A model generated the notes under the pieces. That model saw only the letters and a program-made list of their open reading frames with translations. It searched no databases and was not told where the DNA came from. This document shows, piece by piece, positions 37,986-45,969 of a stretch of 64,000 bases of DNA. The stretch is taken from contig JAGVXO010000006.1 in the NCBI GenBank assembly GCA_018303755.1, positions 1,140 to 65,139 of the forward strand, given 5' to 3'. Each line of letters opens with the position of its first letter. Position 1 is the first letter of the stretch. A program made the position numbers and the translations under genes. Source of the stretch: Candidatus Pacearchaeota archaeon. GTDB lineage: Archaea; Nanobdellota; Nanobdellia; Pacearchaeales; GW2011-AR1.

Positions 37986-38271
37986 ATATTCTTAAACAGC
38001 AAAGAATATTTTATAAACATAGGTAATTAACTGAAATAAACAATAGTCATTTTATAAGGGTAACATAATAGAAAGATTTAAATACTAGGCATACATGGAT
38101 ATTTTATCACCTCTTTTTCCCCATTAGAGGTAATTCAACACTCTTTTTGAACGTTGGATTCCCTCTTCTCGGGGTTCTAATTTAATAATTAAAAAATTTT
38201 ATATATCCACTTAATCTTAAATTAATATGGCTCATTTTAATATAATTATAGAAAAAGATAAAAAGAAGAGT

Positions 38272-38481
38272 TTATTTCCCTTTAAACTCAGTATAATGGC
38301 ATTTTCCACAATATGCCCTGTTTTTTGCCTGCATAAGAAACACGCCTTGCCCGCACCTAGGGCAGAAATCGCTTCGTGTTATCTTGCTTCCTTCAATTTT
38401 ATATTTTGAATATTTTTTGCTTGTCGGCTTATTTCTATGCGGCTTTTTGCCTTGTTTAACACCTGTTTTTTTCTTTGCCAT
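38272..38481 (-). CDS. rps27ae: 30S ribosomal protein S27ae
   Basis: The zinc ribbon is [24 protein letters not shown]. Confidence 0.9.
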   Translation of the reverse strand: MAKKKTGVKQGKKPHRNKPTSKKYSKYKIEGSKITRSDFCPRCGQGVFLMQAKNRAYCGKCHYTEFKGK

Positions 38482-38777
38482 TATTTCTCTCCTGCCTGTG
38501 ATTTTTTAGCTTCTTCCTGCATTTTTTTTCTTTCTTTGCGCGTTATTACTTCATATTTAACAGCATATTCCGGCTTTTCATAAACTTTTGCAGTTATAAT
38601 AAATTCCTTTGAGCCAAAATTTGACTTAATTTTTTCTATAACAATTCCCTCTTTTTCAGCTTTGTATTTTTCAGACAGCTTGTCAATTACACTCTGTTTT
38701 GATGGAATAGTATTGCTATTTATAGAAAGTATAACCTCTTTTCGATGCATTATTGTATTATTTTTTTCCTGTTCCAT
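38481..38777 (-). CDS. rps24e: 30S ribosomal protein S24e
   Basis: [32 protein letters not shown]...[14 protein letters not shown]. Start chosen at MEQEKNN, abutting the upstream stop. Confidence 0.9.
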   Translation of the reverse strand: MEQEKNNTIMHRKEVILSINSNTIPSKQSVIDKLSEKYKAEKEGIVIEKIKSNFGSKEFIITAKVYEKPEYAVKYEVITRKERKKMQEEAKKSQAGEK

Positions 38778-38778
38778 T

Positions 38779-38988
38779 TTATTTTCCTTTTTGGCAGTAA
38801 TCCGCCTTTTTATCAAGCTTTAGATTTTTTGCAATAACCGATAATTCGGGATTAAAAATTATCACTCTTCCTCTCACTTTGTCCGTTACTACCCTCTCCA
38901 TAGATGCTTTCTTCTTTTTTGTTTCTTTAACTTTCTCCTCACTCATTTCTTCTGCTTTTTCGCTTTTTTCAATAGTTTCTTGTTCCAT
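38779..38988 (-). CDS. spt4: Spt4 / RNA polymerase subunit E''-like protein lacking zinc-ribbon cysteines
   Basis: The C-terminal VRGRVIIFNPELSVIAKNLKLDKKADYCQKG aligns with the Spt4 core (W.G.viv.nPe.SeiAk..gi...g.Yal.v). The position between rpo7 and rps24e is the canonical one. The N-terminus is acidic/Lys-rich with no CxxC. Confidence 0.55.
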   Translation of the reverse strand: MEQETIEKSEKAEEMSEEKVKETKKKKASMERVVTDKVRGRVIIFNPELSVIAKNLKLDKKADYCQKGK

Positions 38989-38989
38989 T

Positions 38990-39262
38990 TTACGGCCTTA
39001 CTTTTGAATAATTTGCCTTATTCTGAACATAAGCTATCAACTTGCCAGGCGTATTAATTTTAGCATAATCTTCTTTCGACATATCAACTGCAAATTCTTC
39101 TTCAATTTCTATTATTACTTCCGTAATATCCAGTGAATCTGCTCCTAATTCTTCAAATGGTTTATTGTTTTCAAATTTTTTCTTCTCAATTTTTTCTGCA
39201 ATTATCTCTCTAATTTTTAATTCTATGCCTTCTCTGCTTATTCTTTCTGTTTCTGTGCTCAT
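38990..39262 (-). CDS. acyl carrier protein (phosphopantetheine-binding)
   Basis: EELGADSLDITEVIIEIEEEF is the classical ACP DSL motif plus helix II. The protein is 90 aa, with an ATGA overlap with the rpo7 stop. Confidence 0.85.
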   Translation of the reverse strand: MSTETERISREGIELKIREIIAEKIEKKKFENNKPFEELGADSLDITEVIIEIEEEFAVDMSKEDYAKINTPGKLIAYVQNKANYSKVRP

Positions 39263-39861
39263 TTTTTCTTTGTTTTCTTTGTTTTACTTGCCTCTGTTTT
39301 TTCAGGCGCTTCTTTTACTTTTTTCTCTTTTCTCTTTTCTTCCTCAATCCATTCAATTTTTCCAAGTCCGGGCTGTCTCATTGTAAGCCCAATTTTCAAC
39401 TCCCCAAGCTTAAAGCTTATTGCAACAATTCTTGCAATGCAGGCATCTCCTTTTTTCAGAGTTTTCTTGCCTGATTTTCCTACAAGGGTATTTGTCTTTG
39501 AAAAGCTGACATAATCTTCCATTGTCTGGCTTATATGAATCATTCCACGCGCAGCTCCGAGATTAATAAACGCCCCGAAATTTGTTATTTCTTCAATAAC
39601 GCCATAAATAATCTCCTGCATTTCGGGTTTCCAGATTACCAACTGAAAATTTGATTTGTAATATGCTGCGCCGTCGCCAGGAATTATTATGCCTTCAGCT
39701 ATTTCACTCACTCCTGCAACTGCAACAACCATTCCAAGTTCTTTATCAAAGTGGGTAGTATAGCTCTCTCTTAACTGCTGTTCAACAGCTTCCCGAGTAG
39801 GAAGCCCGAATAATCTCGGCTCTACCCTTATAAAATCTTCGACGTCAATTAAATAGAACAT
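39259..39861 (-). CDS. rpo7: DNA-directed RNA polymerase subunit Rpo7 (E')
   Basis: MFYLIDVEDFIRVEPRLFG... is followed by the S1 domain GVIEEITNFGAFINLGAARGMIHISQ. Confidence 0.88.
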   Translation of the reverse strand: MFYLIDVEDFIRVEPRLFGLPTREAVEQQLRESYTTHFDKELGMVVAVAGVSEIAEGIIIPGDGAAYYKSNFQLVIWKPEMQEIIYGVIEEITNFGAFINLGAARGMIHISQTMEDYVSFSKTNTLVGKSGKKTLKKGDACIARIVAISFKLGELKIGLTMRQPGLGKIEWIEEEKRKEKKVKEAPEKTEASKTKKTKKK

Positions 39862-39906
39862 TTCTTTAATAGAGATAAATCGGGGTTTATAAAGTTTATC
39901 AGCGCC

Positions 39907-40302
39907 TCACTCCTCAAGCATAATCCTGTTTTTTCCGCGGATTATGAGAAATTTCGCATTTGGAACTGCTTTCACTATCCTTTGTTTAAGCCCCCTATCA
40001 AGTGTGGCTGTAATTGTTTCAGGATATTGCTTAACATATTCTAAAATAGCAGAATCTGCGTTTGATTTATCTGAATGAACGACAAGTGAATTGTATTTTG
40101 CTAATATCTCCTTTGCAAGCTTTGCAGCATTTCTCTCAATAATTTTTGAGTCTTTATCCTCAGTTATTTTTTTCAGTTCTTTTATTACAGGAGACAAAAC
40201 AATAAGAGAATAAATTCCAAAAAGCTCTTCGAGTGAGTTAATAATATTTACCTTCTGCTTTACTGCACTCATTATAAAATTTGTATCTATTACTATTTTC
40301 AT
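39907..40302 (-). CDS. PIN-domain protein (Fcf1/Utp24-like)
   Basis: MKIVIDTNFIMSAV...; acidic residues are spaced as in PIN domains. It lies upstream of the rpo7 operon, as in many archaea. Confidence 0.7.
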   Translation of the reverse strand: MKIVIDTNFIMSAVKQKVNIINSLEELFGIYSLIVLSPVIKELKKITEDKDSKIIERNAAKLAKEILAKYNSLVVHSDKSNADSAILEYVKQYPETITATLDRGLKQRIVKAVPNAKFLIIRGKNRIMLEE

Positions 40303-40354
40303 ACAAATACTAATAATTAAGAAGTTTTAAATATTCCTTATTACTGAATAATTA

Positions 40355-40912
40355 ATGAAAGAGGTTAAACACGTAATTTCTGTGCTGAAAAATGCAGAGA
40401 AAGCCGCGATTAGAGAAGATATAGTCGCCCTGAAAAAACTTAGTGATATGACGATTCATTCTTCAGTAATTTCCCAGGATGAAGATAATGTGATGGTTGC
40501 AGTGATTATTTATGTTTTAAGCAAAGTCATTGAACGCGGAGAAAAATATTACAAAGGAGATTATAAAAAATATGTCAGTGTTTATGTTAATTTTATAAAA
40601 CAGGCAGTATATGCGCTTGAAAAAAATGATGAAATAAAATTTCGGGAAAGCATAAAAGAAATGTTCTCTTCAAAAGAGCTTGATCCTGAATTAAGAGGGC
40701 ATATATCTGATATTTTCAGAAAAGCCAAGATAAACAAAGCATCAAAGATTTATGAGCATGGAATTTCCATGGGCAAAACAGCAGAAATACTTGGAATCTC
40801 TATATGGGAACTCGCAGAATATTCTGGACAAACAGGAATAGCTGATTCTCCGTATAGTAAAACTATGGACATTAAAAAGAGGGTTAATAATGCAGTGGAG
40901 ATGTTCAAATGA
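40355..40912 (+). CDS. hypothetical protein with C-terminal helix-turn-helix
   Basis: GISMGKTAEILGISIWELAEY is HTH-like. There is an ATGA overlap with the downstream PIN-like gene. Confidence 0.45.
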   Translation: MKEVKHVISVLKNAEKAAIREDIVALKKLSDMTIHSSVISQDEDNVMVAVIIYVLSKVIERGEKYYKGDYKKYVSVYVNFIKQAVYALEKNDEIKFRESIKEMFSSKELDPELRGHISDIFRKAKINKASKIYEHGISMGKTAEILGISIWELAEYSGQTGIADSPYSKTMDIKKRVNNAVEMFK

Positions 40913-41583
40913 AAGCTATTATATTTGATTCAGGAACCCTTATAACCATGTCCATGAGCTGTTCTCTTGATTTAATAAGGAAGCTTAAAAAAATATTTCC
41001 TGGAAAATTTTTAATAACAAAAGAAATCGAAAAAGAAATTGTAGAGATACCAATGAAAATAAAAAAGTATAAGCTGGGCGCAATGTTCTTAAAAGACCTT
41101 ATAACTGACAAAATTCTTGAGTTTCCAGAATCTATGGGAATTGAGAGAAGCGAAATTGAGCATGAAACAAAAAAAATAAATTTAATTGCAAATAATTCTT
41201 TTTTTGTCGGAAATGAGCCGGTTAAAATAATTGATTTAGGAGAAGCATCTGCAGTTGCACTAAGCTTTATATTAAACTCGCGCAAAATAGACAACATAAT
41301 TGCAATTGATGAAAGAACAACAAGAGTTTTCTGTGAAAAGCCGGAAAATGTCAAAGGCATATTGGAAATGAAAACACACAAGCAGGTTGAGTTCAGGCAG
41401 AAGAGTTTATCAGAATTTAAGCAGATTAAGTTTATGCGCTCTTCAGAGCTGATTTATGTAGGATTTAAAAAAGGATTGCTGGAAAACAATTCAAAAGAAT
41501 TTCTTGATGCCCTGCTTTACAGCGCAAAATTCAAGGGCTGCGCTGTATCATCGGAAGAATTAAAAGAGATTGAACACCTTTAA
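40909..41583 (+). CDS. PIN-like nuclease-fold protein
   Basis: AIIFDSGTLI, IDLGEASAVAL and IAIDERTTR give D/E/D spacing consistent with a PIN domain. Confidence 0.5.
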   Translation: MKAIIFDSGTLITMSMSCSLDLIRKLKKIFPGKFLITKEIEKEIVEIPMKIKKYKLGAMFLKDLITDKILEFPESMGIERSEIEHETKKINLIANNSFFVGNEPVKIIDLGEASAVALSFILNSRKIDNIIAIDERTTRVFCEKPENVKGILEMKTHKQVEFRQKSLSEFKQIKFMRSSELIYVGFKKGLLENNSKEFLDALLYSAKFKGCAVSSEELKEIEHL

Positions 41584-41739
41584 GTTTAATCGTGGGCTTA
41601 AAGAGAAATTTAACATAAATCTTATTCATATCTTTTAAAGCAATAATATTATATGTAAAATAAAGGAAAGTAATGGGATTAAACCTCTTGCAAAATTCAG
41701 AATAGCAATATTTATAAATGACTTCACATTAATTTTTGC

Positions 41740-42606
41740 ATGAGACAGGTGATAAATTCAGTTTATGCAATAACTCTTCTTTTTTCTCTATTTGCTTTAA
41801 TGCCTGCAGTTTATGGACTTACAATTCATGTCAATGCAATTCCAAACACCGACGTATATGTAGCAGTTCTTGAAGCAGATAAAAGTTACACTCCCATAGA
41901 AACATTCACAAAAAATTCTGGTGAAACTGGAAAATTGGATTTAACTCTTTCAACTGACGCCAGCATGGTTGACATTATGGTTCTTGTAAAAAAAGAAAAG
42001 ATAAAAATAATGACAAACCGATTTGAGGACTATCAGATTTCTGGAGGCGAAATTTATCTGGACATATATGATTCCAGGGCTCTAAGCATTGGTTCAACAC
42101 CCTTTGAAGAGAAAAAAGAAGAACAAACTCAAACCGGACAAACACAAGAGTTAACACAAAATAATTCAGAGAATTTGCAAACACAGGAAAATCTGACAAA
42201 AGACCTTAATGTAGACATTCAAAAAACTGAAGAAAACATCCAGACTAATGAAGGAAGCAAAATAACTGCGCTTGCTGCATTGGGAAATAATGTAACTGAA
42301 ATATTCAATCAAAACAGATATTACTTTATATTCGGAATAATTGGAGTTGCAGCAATTATCTTTGTTATTTTGGGTGTCAGAATGGCAAAACATTCAAGCA
42401 AAGAACATTATTATGATGATAGGCCCCCGATAGTATTAGAAGACCCTACACTTGCACAGGTTGAAAGAGAGTTAAGAAGAGCAAGGCAGGAGTTAAGAGT
42501 TGCGCAGGAAAGCATAAGCAATGCAATTCATAAAAAAGATAGGGTTGCAGAAGTTGAAAAAAGAATTGCAGCAGATAAAGCAGAACTTGAAAAGCTAAGA
42601 GGATGA
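41740..42606 (+). CDS. secreted/membrane-anchored protein with Q/T-rich linker and cytoplasmic coiled coil
   Basis: It has a signal-like N-terminus, the TM helix YYFIFGIIGVAAIIFVILGV, and a coiled-coil C-terminus. Confidence 0.55.
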   Translation: MRQVINSVYAITLLFSLFALMPAVYGLTIHVNAIPNTDVYVAVLEADKSYTPIETFTKNSGETGKLDLTLSTDASMVDIMVLVKKEKIKIMTNRFEDYQISGGEIYLDIYDSRALSIGSTPFEEKKEEQTQTGQTQELTQNNSENLQTQENLTKDLNVDIQKTEENIQTNEGSKITALAALGNNVTEIFNQNRYYFIFGIIGVAAIIFVILGVRMAKHSSKEHYYDDRPPIVLEDPTLAQVERELRRARQELRVAQESISNAIHKKDRVAEVEKRIAADKAELEKLRG

Positions 42607-42708
42607 CAAAAAAGCAGTCCTTCAATACAACAACCTCAACAAACATCAAACCAACAGCAGAATAATTTCACACGAGAACAGCGGGAAAATAACCCTAATT
42701 CTCAATGA

Positions 42709-43119
42709 TCAAGGAGAAGAAAACTCTTCTATTGTGCCTGTTGAAGAAATGCATGCAAGACTAACTTGCGAGCCACTTGGTATAATAACCTCTTTATCTT
42801 CAATAACCATTTCCAAAGGTGTAGAAGGTGTCCATTCTTCATGATTAAGTTTTCTTAAGAGTATTTTTGCAAGATCTCCATAAAAACACGGCTCAATTAC
42901 TCCCTCTACCTGGCATATCGCCCTTGGTTCAAAAATTGAACCAATGCACTGAAGGACATGTTTTTCATTATCTTGATAATACAAATTATATATTTCTCTT
43001 CCATTTCTCACCATATGCGCATAAAGCTGGATTCTATCATGCCCATTTAGCGCTGGCTTTTTTCTTTTATCAGCTTCAACTTCTATTCCAATTTCTGTTT
43101 CTCTTAGTTCAGTTTCCAT
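42709..43119 (-). CDS. hypothetical orphan protein
   Basis: 136-aa ORF with no recognisable motif. Confidence 0.5.
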   Translation of the reverse strand: METELRETEIGIEVEADKRKKPALNGHDRIQLYAHMVRNGREIYNLYYQDNEKHVLQCIGSIFEPRAICQVEGVIEPCFYGDLAKILLRKLNHEEWTPSTPLEMVIEDKEVIIPSGSQVSLACISSTGTIEEFSSP

Positions 43120-43166
43120 AATCAGAAGTTGAGATATGGCTTTTTAAACCTTTCACTTTTGAATCC

Positions 43167-43312
43167 TGGCGCTTCGCGCCCGTTTGTTATTTCTTAAATC
43201 CTGTGCAATTTGCATATTGGTTATTCAAATGGTTTAATTTATTTTGATATAAACAGCGCCAAAGAATAAATATTAAATAAGGCAAAGTAGGGTATGTTTA
43301 AAAAATAAAAAA
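43167..43312 (+). repeat. IGR3B full copy, forward
   Basis: TGGCGCTTCGCGCCCGTTTGTTATTTCTTAAATCC...CATATTGGTTATTCAAATGGTTTAATTTATTTTG...AAATAAGGCAAAGTAGGGTATGTTTAAAAAAT. Confidence 0.8.
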
Positions 43313-43387
43313 GAATAGATTTATAATTAACAAAAATAGCATATTTGTATTGGATAAAGAAGAGTTAAATAAAATACCTTCTCTAAT

Positions 43388-43459
43388 GGAGCTGTAGTTC
43401 AATGGTTAGAATGTTGGTCTCCAGAACCAGTGATGGGGGTTCGATTCCCTCCAGCTCCA
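43388..43459 (+). tRNA. tRNA-Trp (anticodon CCA)
   Basis: Hand-folded. The acceptor is GGAGCTG/CAGCTCC, the anticodon arm TTGGT-CTCCAGA-ACCAG, the T arm GGGGG-TTCGATT-CCCTC, and the discriminator A. Confidence 0.9.
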
Positions 43460-43460
43460 T

Positions 43461-43535
43461 ATAATCCTGCGCCCACTTTTTATTTTGCAAATTCTTAATC
43501 TGTTTATTCCTTGGCTCTTTAGATTTTTTAAGATA
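43461..43535 (+). repeat. IGR3B partial copy (A/B blocks), forward, directly after tRNA-Trp
   Basis: ATAATCCTGCGCCCACTTTTTATTTTGCAAATTCTTAATCTGTTTATTCCTTGGCTCTTTAGATTTTTTAAG. Confidence 0.55.
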
Positions 43536-43573
43536 ATATTCAAAGAATAAAAGAAATAGGGGATTTAAAAAAA

Positions 43574-43766
43574 TCCCCTCACCAGGAATCGAACCTGGGA
43601 TCTCTCGGGTTCTGCACGAACATTTGGCTAATCAGGCTTCATTTTTATCCGAATTCGGAACATCTGCCCTAGTTAACTTACAACATCATAAGGAGATGTC
43701 ATAAGAAGAACCATTGGTTCTTTTTATTTCTACAGCCAAGCGCTCTAACCACTGAGCTATGAGGGG
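43574..43766 (-). tRNA. tRNA-Tyr (anticodon GTA) with 120-nt intron at the canonical 37/38 position
   Basis: Exon 1 is 43766..43730 (CCCCTCA TA GCTC AGTGGTTA GAGC G CTTGG CTGTAG). The intron is 43729..43610. Exon 2 is 43609..43574 (C CCGAG AGATC CCAGG TTCGATT CCTGG TGAGGGG A). It has the archaeal-type C1:G72 pair. Confidence 0.8.
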
Positions 43767-43789
43767 ATTATTAAGGATATGAAGCCGTG

Positions 43790-43799
43790 TTTTTAAAAG
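43790..43799 (-). promoter_or_regulatory. candidate TATA box for tRNA-Tyr
   Basis: The minus-strand sequence CTTTTAAAAA is centred about 28 nt upstream of the tRNA 5' end. Confidence 0.35.
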
Positions 43800-43818
43800 T
43801 TATTATTGCTTGAATAAC

Positions 43819-43940
43819 GGCGCGCTGCGGGCGCGCCTTTTTATAATGGCGCTTCGCGCTTGTTTTATTTTTCAAATCTGCTATCCATTCGTACATTGGC
43901 TCTTTAAAATTTTTTAATTGTTAGCAAATTTTCTAACCAT
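43819..43940 (+). repeat. extra GC hairpin plus IGR3B partial copy (A/B blocks), forward
   Basis: GGCGCGC-TGCGG-GCGCGCC (43819..43837) is followed by TTTTTATAA. Then comes TGGCGCTTCGCGCTTGTTTTATTTTTCAAATCTGCTATCCATTCGTACATTGGCTCTTTAAAA. Confidence 0.75.
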
Positions 43941-44050
43941 ATCAAGATATCAAAATTTCTTTTTAATTAAAAATAGAAAGTATTAAAAATGGCAATTTTA
44001 TAATATTTTAGGGTGAGGTAAAGAATCGCCTTAGAATTATAAAGAATAAA

Positions 44051-44368
44051 ATGAAAACTAAATTGACTGAAAGACATTATCAAGTTATTGAAAAGGATGA
44101 AAGCGGATTAATCCCTGCTTGGGTAGACCATATAGTCTATAACCCAGAAGGTATTCTCACCGCAGATAAGGGAGCTTATAAATTTGGTTTTTTTCCAAAG
44201 CATCCAAAAAATTATTCCCCACTTCCATCCCGTAGTGATAGAATATCATGGAAGCATATTCATGAAGAAATAAATAAGGATGGAGAGAGACAATTTCCAA
44301 AATTCACTCCTGAAGAAGTTTTAAGGATTCTTAGTATGTTAGAATTTTCTTTAGTCGATTCTAAATAA
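44051..44368 (+). CDS. hypothetical orphan protein
   Basis: 105-aa ORF lying between an A/B-block fragment and a C-block fragment of the repeat family. Confidence 0.5.
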   Translation: MKTKLTERHYQVIEKDESGLIPAWVDHIVYNPEGILTADKGAYKFGFFPKHPKNYSPLPSRSDRISWKHIHEEINKDGERQFPKFTPEEVLRILSMLEFSLVDSK

Positions 44369-44400
44369 AGAAAAGGGGATTAAAATAATAAAACACCCCT

Positions 44401-44466
44401 GAAAAGATGTAAAATGTGGGAAAAGAATGGAATGTTAAAAAAATTAATATTGTGCTCGCCGCCTTA
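44401..44466 (+). repeat. IGR3B C-block fragment plus the start of a further A block, forward
   Basis: GAAAAGATGTAAAATGTGGGAAAAGAATGGAATGTTAAAAAAATTAATATT followed by GTGCTCGCCGCC. It abuts the stop of the gene at 44478. Confidence 0.7.
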
Positions 44467-44477
44467 GAAAAATAAAA

Positions 44478-45881
44478 CTATTCAGAAACATTCTTTGGCT
44501 CATTTATAAAAAATGCTCTGTTTGAAGATGCCTCATGCATTTTCCCGTTTTTCTCGTACAAAACATTTGCAACAGGAAGCTCAAATCTTCCGACGATTTT
44601 AAGCTTTGAATATACAATATAAGTAAATATTCTTTCCTCTCCGTCGCCAAGATGATTAATAGTCCATTTTATTCTTCCGCTTGTTTTGTCAATGCTCGAA
44701 GGTGCAGTTCCGTACTGCTCATATAATTTTGTCATTGCAGGAACTCTGTCATAAATAGAAACTTTTTCAACGAATTTTTTCGCCTTCACATGCAAAGTAA
44801 CTTTCAGTGCAAAATCATTTGATTTGGTTTTTATATAATTCACCCTTTTAGTTATAACAACATATTTTGACATATAAGCATTAAAAATCAAAGTTATTGC
44901 TGCTATAGTCAAAATAAGAAGAAGCGGAAACATCCAGTTGGTTGTCATAACAACATTAAGCGATTCAGCCGGCTGAAGTTCTTTTTGCCAGGTATAATAA
45001 ACAAAAAATCCCTTTCTCTCACTTTTTACAGGTTCGGGAGACAATGTTGTAAAAAGGCGCGAAACAATATTCTTTCTTGCACTTGCCTCTGCTATTGTAG
45101 GAACATTGCCCTCGTTCTTTTTTTCTATTAAATTCTTATGAACTATTATTCCTGAGCTTGATTCTGATGTAGATATTCCGCTTTTTTCAAGAATCTTCAC
45201 AGGCGACTTTACAATGCCTTTTCTTCCGTCAATAGTATATTCTCCAGATAAAGAATATTCCCCATAAACAAGCTTCTTTAATTTTTCGCTGTTAATCTGA
45301 AGATGAACCTCTTTTTTTTCATATGGCTTTAAAGAAACAACTTGTGTCTGAGCATCCATAAACTCTGATGAGAAAACAAATTGTATACTATCATAGGTGC
45401 TGTCTTCTACATTATATAAATAGATTTTTACCTTGTCTGAATCGAGATTTATATTATCTGCACTCAAATCAAAAATCTCTGAAAAATCAACAAGCTTTAT
45501 CTCTATTTTTGTTTTTACATATTCTGAATTGTCTATTTTTGAGAAATAAAGCGGCACAGAAAGATAACCGACATTCTTTTTTATATTTTCAAGGGGCATA
45601 AATTCAAATCGAATTGTTTTTGTTTCTCCATATCCAAGGGAAAAGTTTTCAGGGGTTATTTTAAATCTTTCAAAGGTATATATTTGAAATGTGTCTGCAT
45701 AATCATTATTTTTCAGAGTAATATCAAAAACAGCAGGGGCATTTCCGTCATTGATTATTGTAGGAGCAACAGGCACAGCAGTTATTTCAAGATTAATCGC
45801 GCTTGCAAATGCAAAAGAAAATACCAGTAATGCAAAAATTGCAGATACTCCAAACACCCTTTTTAAATTATTCATATTCAA
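44478..45881 (-). CDS. surface/membrane protein (signal peptide, beta-rich ectodomain, one internal TM)
   Basis: The signal-like N-terminus is MNMNNLKRVFGVSAIFALLVFSFAFA. The TM segment is WMFPLLLILTIAAITLIF. Confidence 0.55.
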   Translation of the reverse strand: MNMNNLKRVFGVSAIFALLVFSFAFASAINLEITAVPVAPTIINDGNAPAVFDITLKNNDYADTFQIYTFERFKITPENFSLGYGETKTIRFEFMPLENIKKNVGYLSVPLYFSKIDNSEYVKTKIEIKLVDFSEIFDLSADNINLDSDKVKIYLYNVEDSTYDSIQFVFSSEFMDAQTQVVSLKPYEKKEVHLQINSEKLKKLVYGEYSLSGEYTIDGRKGIVKSPVKILEKSGISTSESSSGIIVHKNLIEKKNEGNVPTIAEASARKNIVSRLFTTLSPEPVKSERKGFFVYYTWQKELQPAESLNVVMTTNWMFPLLLILTIAAITLIFNAYMSKYVVITKRVNYIKTKSNDFALKVTLHVKAKKFVEKVSIYDRVPAMTKLYEQYGTAPSSIDKTSGRIKWTINHLGDGEERIFTYIVYSKLKIVGRFELPVANVLYEKNGKMHEASSNRAFFINEPKNVSE

Positions 45882-45969
45882 TTGAATGGTGTTCTATATA
45901 TAAACATTTTGATAGGATATTTTAAGAGTTTTTAACCTTTAAGAATGATGACACTTGAATTTATCAAGA

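Noticed and set aside
42604-42606. Genome-wide TGA reassignment
   Set aside because: Several well-conserved genes end at TGA at the expected length (for example rarA at 12479..12481). No conserved gene is interrupted by an in-frame TGA.
43610-43729. Box C/D sRNA inside the tRNA-Tyr intron
   Set aside because: ATGATGT (C-like) and CTGA (D-like) are present. However, the spacing to any D'/C' pair is wrong: about 16 nt instead of 12 to a degenerate CAGA, and the C'-like ATGAAGC directly abuts the D box. No terminal stem is evident.
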